Shown here one piece after another: positions 32,113 through 49,627 of a stretch of 64,000 bases of DNA; positions within the stretch are counted from its first letter, which is position 1, and each line of letters begins with the position of its first letter. The stretch is from assembly GCF_009914755.1 (NCBI RefSeq), contig NC_060927.1. One strand, written 5' to 3'. Under the pieces are notes generated by a model. That model had not been told where the DNA came from. It searched no databases and worked only from the letters and a program-made list of their open reading frames with translations. Source of the stretch: the human T2T-CHM13v2.0 reference genome, Homo sapiens. The translations under genes and the position numbers were made by a program.

Positions 32113-33794
32113 TTACCTTTTGTTTTTTTATTATGAAGTATGCAAAGAAACAACAAAGTATGGCTAGGAGAAATTAAAATAAACTGCTACTAAGGAAGCA
32201 CAGATATTGGACCAAAACTTTAAATCAACTGTCTTAAAAATGTTCAAAGAGCTAGGGGAAGATAGGTCAATTGAAATTCTTCAGCCTGAAGAAAAGGAAG
32301 AAGAATGAAGAAAAATTTATAGAGCCTCAGAGACCTATAAGACACCCTTAAGTGTACCACTTATGCATGGTGGGAGCTCCAGAAAAAGAGGAGAGAGAGA
32401 AAGGGAAAGAAAAAATATTTAAAGAAGTAATGGCTGAAAATGTTACAAATTTGATAAAAGAAATGATTGTACACATTCAGGAAGCTCAACAAACTCCAAA
32501 AGAATAACATAAAAGATCCACACTGATACATGACAATAAAACTTTCAAAAGAGAAAGACATTTTGAAAGAGAAAATATTGAAAGGAGCAAAAAAGAAGTG
32601 ATTCCTCACATATTAAGATACTGAAGGTGAACAGTCAATTTCTCAGCAGAATTCATGGAAGTGAGAAAGCAGTAAGACAACATATTTACAGTTGAAAAAA
32701 ATACCATCAACCAGAAATTCTACATTCAGCAAAACTACCTTTCAGAAATAAAGAAGAAATTAAGACATTCCCAGATAAACAAATCCTAAGTTCATCTATA
32801 GTAGGCCTGCCATACAAGAAATTCTAAAAGGATATCCTCAAGTAGAAATGAAAGATATAGTAACTTGAAGCCATATGAAGAAATAAAAAAATACTGGTTT
32901 TGGTATCTATATAGGTGATTTAATAGCCAGCATTGTATTTTTGGTTTGAACCTCTTTTTATGTATGATTTAAATGATGGATGTACAAAATAATTATAATA
33001 AATCTATGTTAATAGGTACACACTGTATAAAGATGCTATTTGTGACAACAATAACACACAAAAAAGTAGAGACAGACATGTATTATATAACAGCAGGGTT
33101 TTGTATACCATTGAAGCTAGGATGGTTTTAATTCAAAATAGGTTGTTATAAGTTTAGGAGGCCAATTGTAATCTCTAAGTAACCACTAAGACAATAACTA
33201 AAAATATATATACAGAAAAGGAATGAGAAAGGAATCAACATGATACACTATAAAAAAAATCAACTAAACACAAAGGATGGTAGTAATGGAAGAACTGAGG
33301 AACAGAAAACATGTAAAAATAAATAGCAAAATGACAGAAGTCCTTCCATAGCAGTAATTACTTTAAATGTAGATGGATTAAACTTTCCAATAAAAAGACA
33401 AAGATTGGCAAAATAGATTTTTTAAAATGTGATCCAACTATATAGTGTAAGATTCTTTTTAGTTTCAAGGACATTAATAAGTTGAAAATACAACTAGGGA
33501 AAAAGATATGCCATGCAAATAATAACCAAAAGAGAGCTGGAGCTGCTATACTATTATCAGACAAAATAGACTTTAAGTCAAAAAATGTTATGAGGGACGA
33601 AGAAGTGCATTATATATTGATAAAAGCGTCAATTAAACAAGAAGACTTTATTTCTTCTTGTTTATAATATTTATTTATAGAAAATAATTATTTGTAGAAA
33701 ACAACAAGCTCAAATTATATGAAGCAAACATTGACAGATTTGAAGGGAAAAAGAAACAGTTCTACAATAATAGTTGGAGATTTTAATACCCCAC

Positions 33795-33960
33795 TTTTTT
33801 TGTGTGAAATAGGGTGTCACTCTGTGGCCCAGGCTGCAGTGCAGTGGCACAATCGTGGCTCAGACAGCCTCAACCTCCTGGTCTCAAGCAATCCTCCCAC
33901 CTCAGCCCACCAGTAGCTGGGACCACAGGTGCACACCACCACACCCGGCTGATTTTTTGT
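33795..33960 (-). mobile_element. Alu monomer (FRAM or AluJ right arm)
   Basis: Antisense ggtgtcactctgtggcccaggctg..ctcaagcaatcctcccacctcagc. Confidence 0.8.
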
Positions 33961-34759
33961 GTTTCTCACTTTGAATAATGAGTAGAACCCTAGACAGAAG
34001 GCCAGTAAGAAAATATAGGACTTGAACAACACTATTGACCAATTAGACCTAACGCATATGAAGAACATTCCACCCAACAAAAGCAAATACACATTCTTTC
34101 CATGGAATATTCTCCAGGATAAACCACATGGTAGGCCACAAAACAAGCCTTAATATATTTTAAAAGATTGAAACCATACAATGTATCTTCTCTGAACACA
34201 GCAGAATGAAGCTAGAAATCAATAAGAGAAGGAAAACTGGAAAATTCATACATATTTGGAAACTAGACAACATACTTTTAAACAACCAATGTGTCAAAGA
34301 AAAAAAATCACAGAAAATGAGAAAATATCTTCAGATGAATGAAAACATAACACCAAACACTTGAGAGATGCAGCAAAAGCATCAGCTCAGAGGGAAATTT
34401 GTAACTATAAAACAGCTACATTTAAAAAAAAGATCTCAAATTGATAAATCATCATTTTGTAAAATATATACATACCTATAGATATAGACACATAGATTTG
34501 CATGGGGGTATTTCCAGAAGGATAAACATCAAAATGTCAATACAGGTTATCTCTTGAGTGTTTGGGAATTTTTTTCTTTACGCTTTCTTTTTTATATTTC
34601 TATGATTATTACATTTAAGTTATAAAATGGAAAAATAAATCTCCAAAACCAATAGCACTTTGAAGCTACAAGCCATAGCCCAAGACCTATTTTACTCTAA
34701 ACACAGTATCCAATGGTGTCATGCATTTTTAAATAAATAAGGTAGATAATTCATAAAGT

Positions 34760-34808
34760 GACATTCAACAAGCACTTCTTGAGCACCTATTATGTTCTAG
34801 GCACTGTT
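34760..34808 (-). mobile_element. L2 3'-end fragment
   Basis: cattcaacaagcacttcttgagcacctattatgttctaggcactgt matches the L2 tail. Confidence 0.65.
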
Positions 34809-35549
34809 ACATAAATGACTTTACTTCAGTGTGCTTAGATTCCCCTTTCCATTCCTAAGTATGGTGTCAAGTGTATCCACTCTCCCTTGTCACAAGTATT
34901 TGAATTTGGATTTTAAGTCTCATTTCTAATTGTTTAATGCAGTTAAATCCCTACTAAAGGAATATCTGGCATCACACTACCAACCCTTGGCCTGCCTCAG
35001 TGATTTCAGGCTTTGCAAGGTCAAAGTAATTTGTCTCATCAATCACCACCTCTGTACTGGCCTACTCCTGAAAGTAGACAGCCTACTGACTCTGAGGTGC
35101 ATTCTTAAGGTTGATTGCAAAGTGGGAGGACCAAATCTCAAAAACTGGGCCCCACTGGCCAACACTATCAAATACAAATTCTCCACTTGCTAAATATTCC
35201 TTCTGGTATCTTTCTCCCACTTTCCTTACTCCCTTCCTTTCTGGAACTCTGATTTGGCCTCCTTCTAACTCGCCTCTCTGCTATAAGACCACTAGATGGT
35301 GCAGTTTTAGAACCCATTCTCACTGGATCTTCTCTCCTCTCTCTGGCTCTCCCGCCACAGATCACATGTCTAATCCAGCAAGAAAACACCTTGGGGCAGG
35401 AGTTTCCACTGCCAAGACAGCTATACCCAAAGGGGATGGCAATAGCAACAACCTCTGTTCAGTTTTGTGGTCCTCGTGCAGCTGGTTGTGTGTTCATCTG
35501 TTGACATTTGGAGGTGCGGTGGGGGATGTTAATCAGAGGAGCAGTACCT

Positions 35550-37328
<1,779 letters not shown>

Positions 37329-37719
37329 TAAATGGGCATTTGATACCTACCTGGGAGATCAGAGATCTAGACGGGGCCTGGAGAGTAAAAATAGGGGTAC
37401 AATGGAAGGGCACATGTTGCATCAAGGATAAAGAATAAACCCACATGTTGTGGTATGTGTGACCCATAATTTCAGGAAGGGCAAGAGAAGGATGGGAAAT
37501 AAAAGAGAATTATTGCCTTCTCTACTACCCAAAGGCCATTCAGGAAGGATTAATAAACCAGGATTCAGGAAACCTGCATTTTAAGTCCTAGTTCTGCAAC
37601 TAACTCTGTGATATTAAGTCATTTTCCCTCTCTGGGCTTCTACCAGGAGAAGGGAATTTGGAGTTGATTAGACATCCCTGTGAAGGAAAAAGTACTTGAA
37701 GTTGATTGGCAATGCCTAA

Positions 37720-38124
<405 letters not shown>

Positions 38125-38369
38125 TAAAAAGGGATATATTCTAATTGAGAAGACAATAAGTGCATTAAGATGTAGTTACCATAAGTAGTAAATGATAAAC
38201 ACCAAATAGATGATACCATCATATGAAGCCATTCAGAGGGATTAGAGATCAGGTAGGTTGGTTGATAGGGAAAAACTTGGCCAAGGGTTAAATAGCCAGT
38301 CTAGGAAGGAAGGACAAAATATTATCAATTGAAAAGAAGAGAAAAAGGCAATCCAGGCAGAAGTATTAT

Positions 38370-39520
38370 ACCATCACGTGTTGCTTAATAACAAGGATAT
38401 CTTCTGAGAGTTCTGAAACATGCGTCATTAGGCAATTTTGTCACTGTGTAAACATCAGTGTACTTACACAAATCTAGATGATATAGCCTACCACACACTT
38501 AGGCTATATGGCATAGCCTATTGCTCCTAGGCCACAAACCTGTATTGTACATTATTATAATGAATACTGTAGGCAATTGTAACACAATGGGAAGTATTTG
38601 TGTATCTAAACATAGAAAACATACAGTACAATTACCATATGAGAGATAAAAATGGTACACCTCTATGGAGTACTTAACTATGTATGGAGCTTGCAGGCCT
38701 GGAAGTTGCTCTGAGCGAGTCAGTGAGTGGTGAGTCAGTGTAAAGGCCTTGGATGTTACTGTACAATACTGTAGACTTTAGAAACATTATACAGTTAGGC
38801 TACACTAAATTTTTTAACATATTTTTCTTCAAAACCAAATTAACCTTAGCTTACTGTAGCTTTTTTACTTTATAAATTTTTAATTTTTTTTAATCTGACT
38901 TTTGTAATAATGCTTAGCTTAAAATACACATAGTACAGCTATACAAAAATGTTTTTCTTTACATTCTTATTCTGTAACCGTGGTTCTATTTTTAAATTTT
39001 TTTTACTTTTATTTTTCTACTTTTTAAACATTTTTGATAAAAACTAAGACACAAATACACACATTAGCCTATGCCTACAGGATCAGGATCATCAATATCA
39101 CTGTCTTCCACCTTCACAACTTGTCCCACTGGAAGGTCTTCAGAGGCAATAACATGCATGGAGCTGTCATCTCCTGTGATAACAATGCCTTCTGGAATAC
39201 CCCCTGAAAAACCTCCCTGCTGTTCTACAGTTAACTTTTTTAAATAGGTAGACAGAGTACATTCTAAATAAATCACATAGCAAGTACATAAACCAGCAGC
39301 ATAGTCATTTATTTTCAAGTAGGATGTACTATACATAACTTCGTGTGCTATATTTTTATACAACTGGTAGCAAAGTAGGTTTGTTTACACCAGCTTCACC
39401 ACAGACACATGAGTAATGCTTTGCACTATGGCATTATGACAGCTATGACGTCACTAGACAATAGGAATTTTTCAACTCCATTAAAATCTTGAAACACATC
39501 ACTATATGGAACACGACTAT
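38370..39520. mobile_element. Tigger3/GOLEM-family DNA transposon (about 1.15 kb)
   Basis: tgttgcttaataacaaggata..ttctgag..tgcgtcattaggcaattttgtcactgtg..atagcctac..ttaggctatatgg is typical of Tigger3b. Confidence 0.8.
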
Positions 39521-39739
39521 ACTTTCAAAAGATGACCAATCTCGTGACCATCTAAGAAGGCACATTCTCTAGAGGGGAAAAGATATACTTTAAAATTGCT
39601 TCTAATTCTTCAAATTACAAATCTCATTGACCTCAGAATGTGGTGCTGGAACTTGTGGTTAGAAAGGTGTAAAATAAGAATGGCTTACCTCAAATGAAAA
39701 CCTTTAAACTGAAAATTTTTGAATGCAAAGAAGTAGAGC

Positions 39740-39895
39740 ATGGAGGAAAGAGCACAGATTTTGTAATCTGTTAGCCCAAGTCTCAAATCCTAACTTTGCA
39801 CTTCTTATCTTTGTGATTTGGGAAAAATTATTTAACTTTTGTGAACCTAAGATTCCTCATATAAAGTAAGGATAAGTGATGTCTACTTCATTAAC
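39740..39895 (+). mobile_element. MIR fragment
   Basis: Core motif caaatcct..tgtgatttgggaaaaattatttaacttttgtgaacctaagattcctcat. Confidence 0.65.
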
Positions 39896-40685
39896 CTTGG
39901 TCTATGCCTTTTCCTTTTTCAAACGTCTTTTTGTTGGAAGAGTACTAATGTCTGGGTTTCTGGCTTTAATTAAAGAACTACTAATTATTAAACTGAAGGA
40001 TGAAACCTGTTGAGACTTCCATTGAGACAGTAGAGTTTTAATCATTTTATAATTTTCTTCACCTGTGAAGAAAAAACTGCTTATGCGTGCAACATTGTTA
40101 TAGGAAAAAATGGTAATTAAATGTGTGTTCAACAGAAATAGATATAAAATACATAATGGAATGATGTTGGTGCCTTAAATAGACCTGATTATTTTATCCT
40201 GAAATTTGCCTGATTTTTATGCCCTGCAAGTGAGAATTGTGCTTACTTTATTATAATTTTTTAATTTATTCAATAACAACAAAAGTATGAAGTGAATCTA
40301 AAGTTTTATATATACTTTTTCATAATATTATAATACTGAACATCATTTTTGCCATTTAGAATCAAATGTCTCAGAAGGAAGTTTCTATGCAAAATTGTGC
40401 AGTGTTTTAAAATTTTTATTCAGAAGGTTTTTCTTGTACTGTTCTTCAAAGCAAATAATTTATTAATTTCTCAATCTAGCAAGACCACAGTTCTCAAAAC
40501 AAATATTATCTTCCAAACTTTCTCCCTATCTCTGTGATCTTGGAAACTAGTAAAAATATCAATTGCTATTTACACTAAATTTCTATTTCTCTAAATTTTA
40601 CCTTAATTTGCCTAATTTTATTAGTAATAATAAAGTAAGCTGTTACTTTGTAGAAATACACGAATTTCTTCAAAATACCATAGTG

Positions 40686-40853
40686 AGCCAGAAATAGTGG
40701 TGTGCACCTATAGTCCTAGCTACTCAGGATGCTGAGGCAGGAGGATTCCTTGAGCCCAGGAGTTTGAAGCTGTAGTGAGCTATGAACTATGATAGTACCA
40801 CTGCATTCCATCTTGGGTGACAGAGTGGGAACCCATCTCTGAAAAAAACAAAA
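40686..40853 (+). mobile_element. Alu monomer (FRAM or AluJ right arm)
   Basis: gtggtgtgcacctatagtcctagctactcagg..ttgagcccaggagtttgaagctg followed by an A tail. Confidence 0.8.
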
Positions 40854-40931
40854 GCTATGGTATGTGTTAGGTTAGTGGGAAAGATAGCATCAAATATAAC
40901 CTGACCACATAACTTTTGCTCAGAACCATAA

Positions 40932-41027
<96 letters not shown>

Positions 41028-41169
41028 AATTGGAGAAAAAGAACAACCTTTTTATTCTCTTTATTGTAAAATACAGCACACATACAGCAAAGTGTATAGA
41101 ACAAAGTACGTACAACTCTGAATTCTTATGAAGTAAACATACCTGTAACTACCATTCAAGTTTTTAAAA

Positions 41170-41179
41170 AATAAATAAA
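41170..41179 (+). terminator. Overlapping AATAAA polyadenylation signals for the short TEX55 isoform
   Basis: aataaataaa, 143 nt after the stop codon, inside an old antisense L1 3' fragment. Confidence 0.6.
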
Positions 41180-41466
41180 ACATAACCAGCATCCCAGAAG
41201 CCCCCTTCCTTTCCCTCACAGTTATTACTTCCCACAAAAGGATTCTTTATCACCTTTATGACAATGACCTCCTCACTTTTCTTTATAATTTTTCACTAAA
41301 CCTGAATCATGAGACACTTGTGTTTATATTTGTCAGCTTTTGAACTGTATATAAAGGGAACCATATCATATATAATCAATTGTATCTGGTTTCTTATGCT
41401 CAAAATTATGTCATTGGGATTGATCCATGCTGTTGTATGTGGCTATATCTCATTCATTTTAATTGG

Positions 41467-41681
41467 CATGGGTGTCCAATCTTTTGGCTTCCCTGGGCCA
41501 CTTGGGAAGACAAATTGGAGCCACACATAAAATACACTAACAGTGATAGCTGACGAGAAAAAAAATCGCAAAAAAAAAACAACTAATAATATTTTAAGAA
41601 AGTTTATGAATTTGTGTTGGGCCTCATTCAAAGCTGTCCTGGACCACATGCAGCCCACAAACTGCAGGTTGGACAAGCCTG
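41467..41681. mobile_element. MER30 (hAT-Charlie MITE)
   Basis: catgggtgtccaatcttttggcttccctgggccac...ttggacaagcctg termini. Confidence 0.85.
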
Positions 41682-43374
41682 CTGTACAGTATTCATTGTG
41701 TAGAATACCAGAATTTATCCTACTTTCGATGGGAATTCAGGTTGTTTCCAACTTGGAGTTATTACAAAAAATTTGCTGTAAACCTTCTTTCACATGTCCT
41801 TTGGTAACACATTTCTCTTGAGTGCATACCTTGAAGAGTAATTGCTGGATCGTAGGGTGTGTGTTTCCTCAGCTTTAGTAGATTATTTCAAACAATTTCC
41901 TAAAGTGATTATACCAATTTGTGTTCCCATCAGCAGTGTGTAAACGTTCCAATTGTTCCACATCCTTACCAATGCTTACTACTATCAGTGTTTTTAGCAT
42001 CAGCCATTTTGATAGGTGAATAGTAATATATCATTGCCGTTTCATTTTGCTTTTTCCTGATTACTAAGGCAGTTGCACATCTTTTCATTTGTTTATTGGC
42101 CATTTGGAAATACTTATTTTTCTATTGTATCGTTTGTCTTTCTGTGCCTGGCTTATTTCACTTAACATAAAGACCTCCAGTTCCATCCGTGTTGCTGCAA
42201 ATAATAGGACTTCCTTCTTTTTATGTCTGCATAGTATTCCGTTATATATATGTGCCACATTTTCTTTATCCATTCATGTGTTGATAAACACTTAGGTTGA
42301 TTCCTTACCTTGGAATTTTTGAATAGCGCTGTAGTAAACACGGAAGTGCAGGTATCTCTTCAAAACAGATTTCCTTTCCTTTGGAAATATAGCCAGCAGT
42401 GGGATTGCTCAATTATATGGTAGTTCTATTTTTAGCTTTGTTTAGGAAACTTGATATATTTTTCATAATGGCTGTAATACTTTACATTTCCACCAATAGT
42501 GTGCAGTATTCCTGTTTCTTCATACCTTCACCAGCACTTGGTTTGTTTGGTGGTTTGCTTTTTTGTTTTAGTTGTTGGTTTGTTTGTTTGTTTGTTGGTC
42601 TTTTTGATAATAGCCATTCTAACTGGGAAGAGATGGCATCTCATTGTGGTTTTGATTTGCATTTCCCTGATGATTAGTGATGTTGAGCATTTTTCCATGT
42701 ACATCTTGACAATCTGTATATCTTATTTGGAGATATGTATATTCAGATCTTTTGCTTATTTTAAAGTTGTGTTATTTTTTGCTGAGTTGTCTGAGTTCCT
42801 CTAGTTGTTAATCCCTTGTCAGATGAATAGTTTGCAAATATTTTTCCCACTTTGTAGGTTGTCTCTTAACTCATTTTGTTTGCTGTGCAGAGAAGCTTTT
42901 TTTAATGAGGCTAGATTACTTGAGATTACTTGATGTAATCTCATTTGTCTAGTTTTGCTTTTGTTGCCTGGACTTTTGAGGTCTTACCTGAAAATCTTCA
43001 TTCAGATCAATGTCCTGTTGCATTTGTCCAATGTTTTCTTCTAGTATTTTTGAAGTTTCAGGTTTTACATTTAAGTCTGTAATACATTTTGAGTTGATTT
43101 TTATATACAGTGAAAGATAGGGATGCAGTTTTACTCTTCTCCATATGGACATCCTGTTTACCAAGCATCATTTATTAAAGAGTCTGTTCTTTCCCCCAAA
43201 ATATGTTATTGGCATCTTTGTCAAAAATGAGTTGACTGTAAGTGCATGGATATAGTTCTGAGTTGTCCATTCTGTTCCGTTTAGTCTATGTGTCTGTTTT
43301 TATGCCAGTACCATGCTGTTTTGGTTACTGTAGCTTTGTAGTATACTTTGAATTCACCTAGTGTGATACCTTCT

Positions 43375-46300
43375 AGTATTCTCTGATGGTTGTTTGTATT
43401 TCTGTGGGGTCAGTGGTGGTATCCCCCTTATCATTTCTGATTGTGTTTATTTGAATCTTCTCTCTTTTCTTCTTTATTACTCTAACTAGCAGCCTATCTA
43501 TTGATATTTTTTTAAACCAGCTCCTGAATTCATTGATTTTTTTGAAGGGTTTTTTGTGTCTCTATCTCCTTCAGTTTCACTCTGAGCTTGGTAATTTCTT
43601 GTCTTCTGCTAGCTCTGGGGTTTGTTTGCTCTTGGTTCTCTAGTTCTTTTACTTGCGATGTTAGGGTGACGATTTGAGACCTTTCTAGCTTTTCGATGTG
43701 CATTTAGGGCTATAAATTTCCCTCTTAAGACTGCTTTAGCTATATCCCAGAGGTTCTGGTATGTTGTCTTTTTGTTCTCATTGGTTTCAAATAGCTTCTT
43801 GATTTCTGCCTTAATTTCATTATTTACCCAAAAGTCATTCAGGAGCAGGTTGTTCAATTTCCATGTAGTTGTGTGGTTTTGAGTGGGTTTCCTAACCTTG
43901 AGATCTAATTTGATTGGACTGCAGTCTGAGAGACTGTTTGTTATGATTTCACATCTTTTACATTTGCTGAGAAGTGTTTTACTTCCAATTATGTGATCAA
44001 TTTTAGAGTAAGTGCCATGTGGCACCAAAAAAAATTGTATATTCTGTTGTTTTGGGGTGGAGAGTTCTGTAGATATCTATCAGGTCCAGTTGGTCCAGAG
44101 CTGAGTTCTAGTCCTGAATATCTCTGTTAATTTTCTGTCTCGACAATCTGTCTAATAGTAACAGTGGGGTATTAAAGTCTCCCACTATTGTTTTATGGGG
44201 GTCTAAGTCTCTTTGTAGGTCTTTAAGAACTTGTTTTATGAATCTAGGTGCTCCTGTATTGAGTGCATATGTATTTAGAAGAGTTAGCTCTTCTTGCTGA
44301 ATCAAACCCTTTACCATTTTGTAATGTCCTTCCTTGTCTTTTTTGTCCTTTGTTGGTTTAAAGTCTATTTGGTCAGAAACTAGGATTGCAACCCCTGCTT
44401 TTTTCTGCTTTCCATTTGCTTTGTAAATTTTCCTGTATCTCTTAATTTTGAGCCTGTGTGTGTCTTTGCATGTGAGATGTCTCTTGAGTTCAGCACACCA
44501 ATAGGTCTTGTCTTTTTATCCAGCTTGCCATTCTGTGTCTTTTAATGGGGCATTTAGCCCATTTACATTTAAGGCTAATATTGTTATGTGTGAATTTGGT
44601 CCTGTCATCATCATGCTGGCTGGTTAATTTTAAAGACTTGTTAACATAGTTGTTTCATAGTGTCGTTGGTCTGTGTACTTTGGGGTATTTTTATAGTGGC
44701 TGGTAATGGTTTTTCCAAGTTTGTGCTGAGAGGTCTGCTGCTAGCCTGATTGGGTTCCCCTTGTAGGTTCCTGACCTCTCTCTCTGAGTGCCTTTAAGAT
44801 TTTTTTCTTTTATGTTCATCTTGGTGAATCTGATGACTATGTGCCTTGGGGATGCTTGTCTTGTATGGTATCTCACAGGGGTTCTCTATTTTTCTTAAAT
44901 TTATATGTCCACCTCTGTGGTGAGATTGGGAAAATTTTCATGAACTATATCCTCACTCTGTTTTCCAAGCTGTTTATTCTCTCTCCTTTTCTCTCAGGAA
45001 TGTCAGCGAGTCATAGATTTGGTCCCTTCACAATCCCACATGCTTTTGGAGGTTTTATTCATTTTTTAAATTTAAAAAAAATTTTCGTCTGACTGAATTT
45101 ATTCTAAAAACTGGTCTTCCAGCTCTGATATTCTTTCCTCACCTTGGTCAATTCTGCTGTTAATGATTCTAACTGTATTAGTCATTCTTGAAGTGAATTC
45201 TTCAATTCCATAAGTTCAGTTTGGTTCTTTCTTAAAATGGTTATTTCATCTTTCAGTTCCTAAAATGGATCATTTTAGTGGATTCCTTGGGTTGGGTTTC
45301 AACTTTCTGCTGGATCTCAATGATCTTTCTTGCCATCCAGATTCTGAATTCTGTCTGTCATTTCAATCTGGTTTAAAACCATTGCTGGGGGACTAGTCTG
45401 TTAATTTGGAGGTAAAGGGTCACTTCGGCTTTTGGAATTACCAGAGATTTTGCATTGATTCTTTCTCATGTGTGAGGGCTAGTGTTTCTTTAACTGTGAT
45501 GGAAGTTGAGTATAGTCAGTTGGCTTCATTTCTGCTTGCTTTAAGAGGTCCAAAGCTCTGTGCAGAATTTTTGTGGCTGGGTTTTTACTTTAGGTTTCAC
45601 AGATGCTGTATACTGGCAACATATTTTTAGTGTTATAATTTGGGCTGAAATCCAGTAGACGGTGCTTAAGAGTAGTAGCCAGCAGATAGGCTCTTAGCCC
45701 TCTGCTCTTTTGTATTTTGACACATTCACAGTAGTGCTCCGCAGTAGAGAAGAGAGAGATGACCACTCCCCCTCAACTAGGTTCACTCCTGGGCTTTGGG
45801 GGAGCCACCACCAATCACTAGCTCTGTACCTGCCTTTCCTTTGTTAGGTGTTCTGGGCTGCAGGACTCCCTCAGGCAGGGGCCACAGCTGGCAGTCAGGC
45901 CATACCCTTCCCTAACTGGCCCTGTGGAGGGAGGCACACCCGCTCCCCAACCAGCCTGAGAACCTGGGCGTCTCACCAGTTTCATTGCTCTGAGAGTGGG
46001 AGCTTCCCCCTTGCTTGGGAGCTGCACAAATCAGTAAGTCCCACCTAGCTAGAAACAGCAGGGGTGAATGAAGTCACCTGGTCCATTATCCAGGCATATC
46101 CTGGGGGAACACAGAGCTGTACCCACTCACAGAGTTCAGGCAGAGGTGTGGCCACTGTGTGGAAGCCCCAGCCAGGGAGTCTTTTATGTCTAGGAGCAGC
46201 GGTTGGGTGGAGTAATCTGGCCCACCATCCAGGTGCTTCCTGGGAGAACATGTAGCTGCACCTGCCCACAGAGTTTAGGCAGAGGCAGGTCTTCTCTGCT

Positions 46301-46850
46301 GGAAGCCCCATCCAGCATGTCACACTTGCCTAGGAGCAGCAGGAGTGGGTAGAGTAACCTCATCTGCTGTTTGGGTGCTTCCTGGAGAAAAAGCAGGAAC
46401 TGTGTCTCCTGCCAGAGTTCAGGCAGGTGTGGGACCACTGTGCTGGAAGCTGACACTGAGCCTTATCTGTTGAGGGGGAGTGGAGCAATCTGACTGCTCT
46501 CTGGCATCATGACTGTGGCCTTTATTGGGGCTATGGCAGCTTGCAGCAGGCTGCTCCAGCACCCAAGGCCTGTGGGTGTCCCTGTGGACTTTAATGTTGC
46601 TTCTGCAGAAATCTAGATGGTTCTCAGTATCAGTCTAGAGGTCCTGTGGGAGTCATGGGTGTTCTTCCATTCCTAGGATTGCATAAGTCCCTGTGGGTAG
46701 TGTGGATCCCCTGTGGGTTCTCACCTTTTCCCCTTATTGGGGAGCTTCACTTGCCTCCAGGCCAGTCCCAGGTGACTGGCTGCTCAGCTTTGCTCTTCTC
46801 TGTTTTCTATGTCCTCTCACTCCTTTGATAGGTCCCCATGTGGTTTCTTC
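43375..46850 (-). mobile_element. L1P (older L1PA/L1PB) 5' half: 5'UTR, deleted ORF1, ORF2 EN
   Basis: Minus-strand peptides MVKGLIQQEELTLLN.., [14 protein letters not shown].. and GNPIRLAADLSA; GC-richer 5'UTR at 45700-46850. Confidence 0.8.
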
Positions 46851-46969
46851 AGTTCCTCTTTTTTTACTTTCTGTCTTCTATTTCCTACATTTTCCTTCAT
46901 TTCTGGTGTATTTTCCTTTATTTGATTGAGCATAGTTAGTTATTACAGCTGCTTTAAAGTGCTTGTCTA

Positions 46970-47437
<468 letters not shown>

Positions 47438-47441
47438 CTAG

Positions 47442-49430
47442 TAACCTCAATACCAGATCATCTTGCAGTTGGCATCTATTGATTGTCTTTTTCATTTAAA
47501 GTGAATATCTATGTTTTCTATAAGTAGAATAATTTTAGATAACCTGGGATATCGTTAATATTATATTGTGTAGACTGAGATTAGCTATAGTCTTCTGATA
47601 AATGTTGATTTTTTTAAAATGGCAGTTAATATGGTTAGATTCAAAGTAAGTTCTTTCTTGCCTCATGTGATTAACAGGTCATCGCTCAGATCAATTCACA
47701 TTACTTTGAATTTGTCCTATGAGTACACGTTCTAGGGGTCAGCCTGAAGTTCATACACAATATTGGAGAATCTTTTTCCCCTTTCAGAATTCTCCCTCAC
47801 TCTTCAGAATCTGGTCATATTTGGCCAGGCTACTTCCCCTGATTCTTCCATACAGAAAGACAGCAGGATTTCTTATCAGAGTTTTAGGCGTTCTTGCACT
47901 GCCACAGCTGTCTATGACTGTTATTACTATTGGGTCAAAGTTGAAGAAATGAAGAACTCATTTTGGTCACTTGGTCCAAGTTTAGACTTTCCTTTAAAAT
48001 TTATCTGTCTTTGTTTAGGCTCCAGAGCCTTCAGGAAGTTATGTTTTGGTTTGGTTTGATTTTTGTGTTGGTTTGTTTGTAGTGGGTGAGGTGGGTGTTT
48101 TATTTTGTCCATTGTATACAGCTGTTACCTGCAGGAGTCATTTTTAAGTGCCTTTCGTGTATTTAGGAAGCAGAACCTCCTTGTTAAAAAATAATATTTG
48201 CATTTAAAGCTTTATCACATAAATTTAAATATATGGTATTTTCATTTAATTTAGTTCTAGATAGTTTCTAATATGTATTATAATTTCTTCTTCAACTTAT
48301 GGGTTTGGGGACATTATATTATTTGTACAAATTATTAGATATTGGATTTTGTAGTTATCTTTTGGTTTCTAAGTCAATTGCACTTTGCTCATAGAACATA
48401 CTTCGTATAACATCAAATCTTTGAAATGTGTTTACTTGCTTTATGATACAGCATATGGTTAATAGTTGTGAATAAATTTTTTGTAGTTTAAAAGAAAGGT
48501 TTATTCTGCAATCATTGGCAAGTGTTCTGAATGTATCCATTGGGTCAGGCTTACTAAACATGTTGTTCAAGTCTTCTAATATGATTGTGAATTTGTCTGT
48601 CTCCCTATAGTTCAGTCAGTTTTTGCTGTGTATATGTGCTTGGGGTTATGTTATTAAGTGTATATGAATTTAGAATTCTTATTTATTTCTGGTAAATTTA
48701 ACTATTTATTATAAAGAGGTATATCACATACTCTGACTACTTGGTTCAACATTATTGTGGCTATACCAGATTTATTTTTGTTAACATGTAAATGGTACTA
48801 TATTTTTCTATCCTTATTACTTTTAATTTTCCCCTGTTCTTAGGTTTCAGATATGTTTTTTATAAATAGCATATAGTTGAGTTTTTGCTTTTTTATCATT
48901 AGTATTCAAATATGGCAAGTTTTTAACCATTTACAATTAGTACAATTAAAGATATATTTGAGGTTCAATCTCTTGTTTTGCTATGTGCTATTTGCCCTAC
49001 TTGTTATGTTTCTTTTTCTTTACTTTTTGCCTTCTTTTATCATTCCATTTTTTCCCTCTGTTGGCTTAGAAGCTATCTACTTTTATTTTTTGTTGTTTCT
49101 TATTGGGGAAATTTTTTAAATTAGTGAACTTTATTTTTTAGAGCAGTTTTAAATTTACAGAAAAATTGGGCAGAAAGAAGTTTCCATATATCTCCTTACC
49201 CTTCCCTCATCTCCCACCACTAATTTCTCCTATTATTAACATTTTGCATTAGTGTGGTACACCTGTTACAAATTGGTGAGCCAGTATTGATACATTATTA
49301 TTAACTAAAGACCATAGTTTACATTAGGGTTCTTTCTTTGTGTTGTACATTCTGTGGGTTTTGGACATATATATATGACATGGATCTACTGTTACAGTCT
49401 CATCCAGAATGTGGTCACTGCTCTTATAAT
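47442..49430 (-). mobile_element. Highly decayed L1M/L1MC fragments
   Basis: Antisense ORF2 remnants at 48200-48900 and an L1MC-type 3' end tttagagcagttttaaatttacagaaaaattg at about 49135. Confidence 0.6.
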
Positions 49431-49627
49431 CCTCACGATATTTTATAATGGTTCCCACAGAGATTGTAACATATGTCCTTGATGTATCAAAGTACAAATT
49501 ATTTGCACCATCTCAATATAAGGATTTCTGTATTTTGAATCTCTACATATTTTAGCCTCACAAAATATGGTAATTCCAAGTAAACCAAAATTGCTAGTGG
49601 AAAAAAATTGTTTTTCATTCTCCCTAG

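Larger units (their letters stand above)
41048..43374 (-). mobile_element. Old L1M 3'/ORF2 fragments (at least two elements), antisense to TEX55
   Basis: Antisense L1 3' motifs (tgttcccatcagcagtgt, cttatttcacttaacataa, cattgtggttttgatttgcatttccctgatg). Confidence 0.75.
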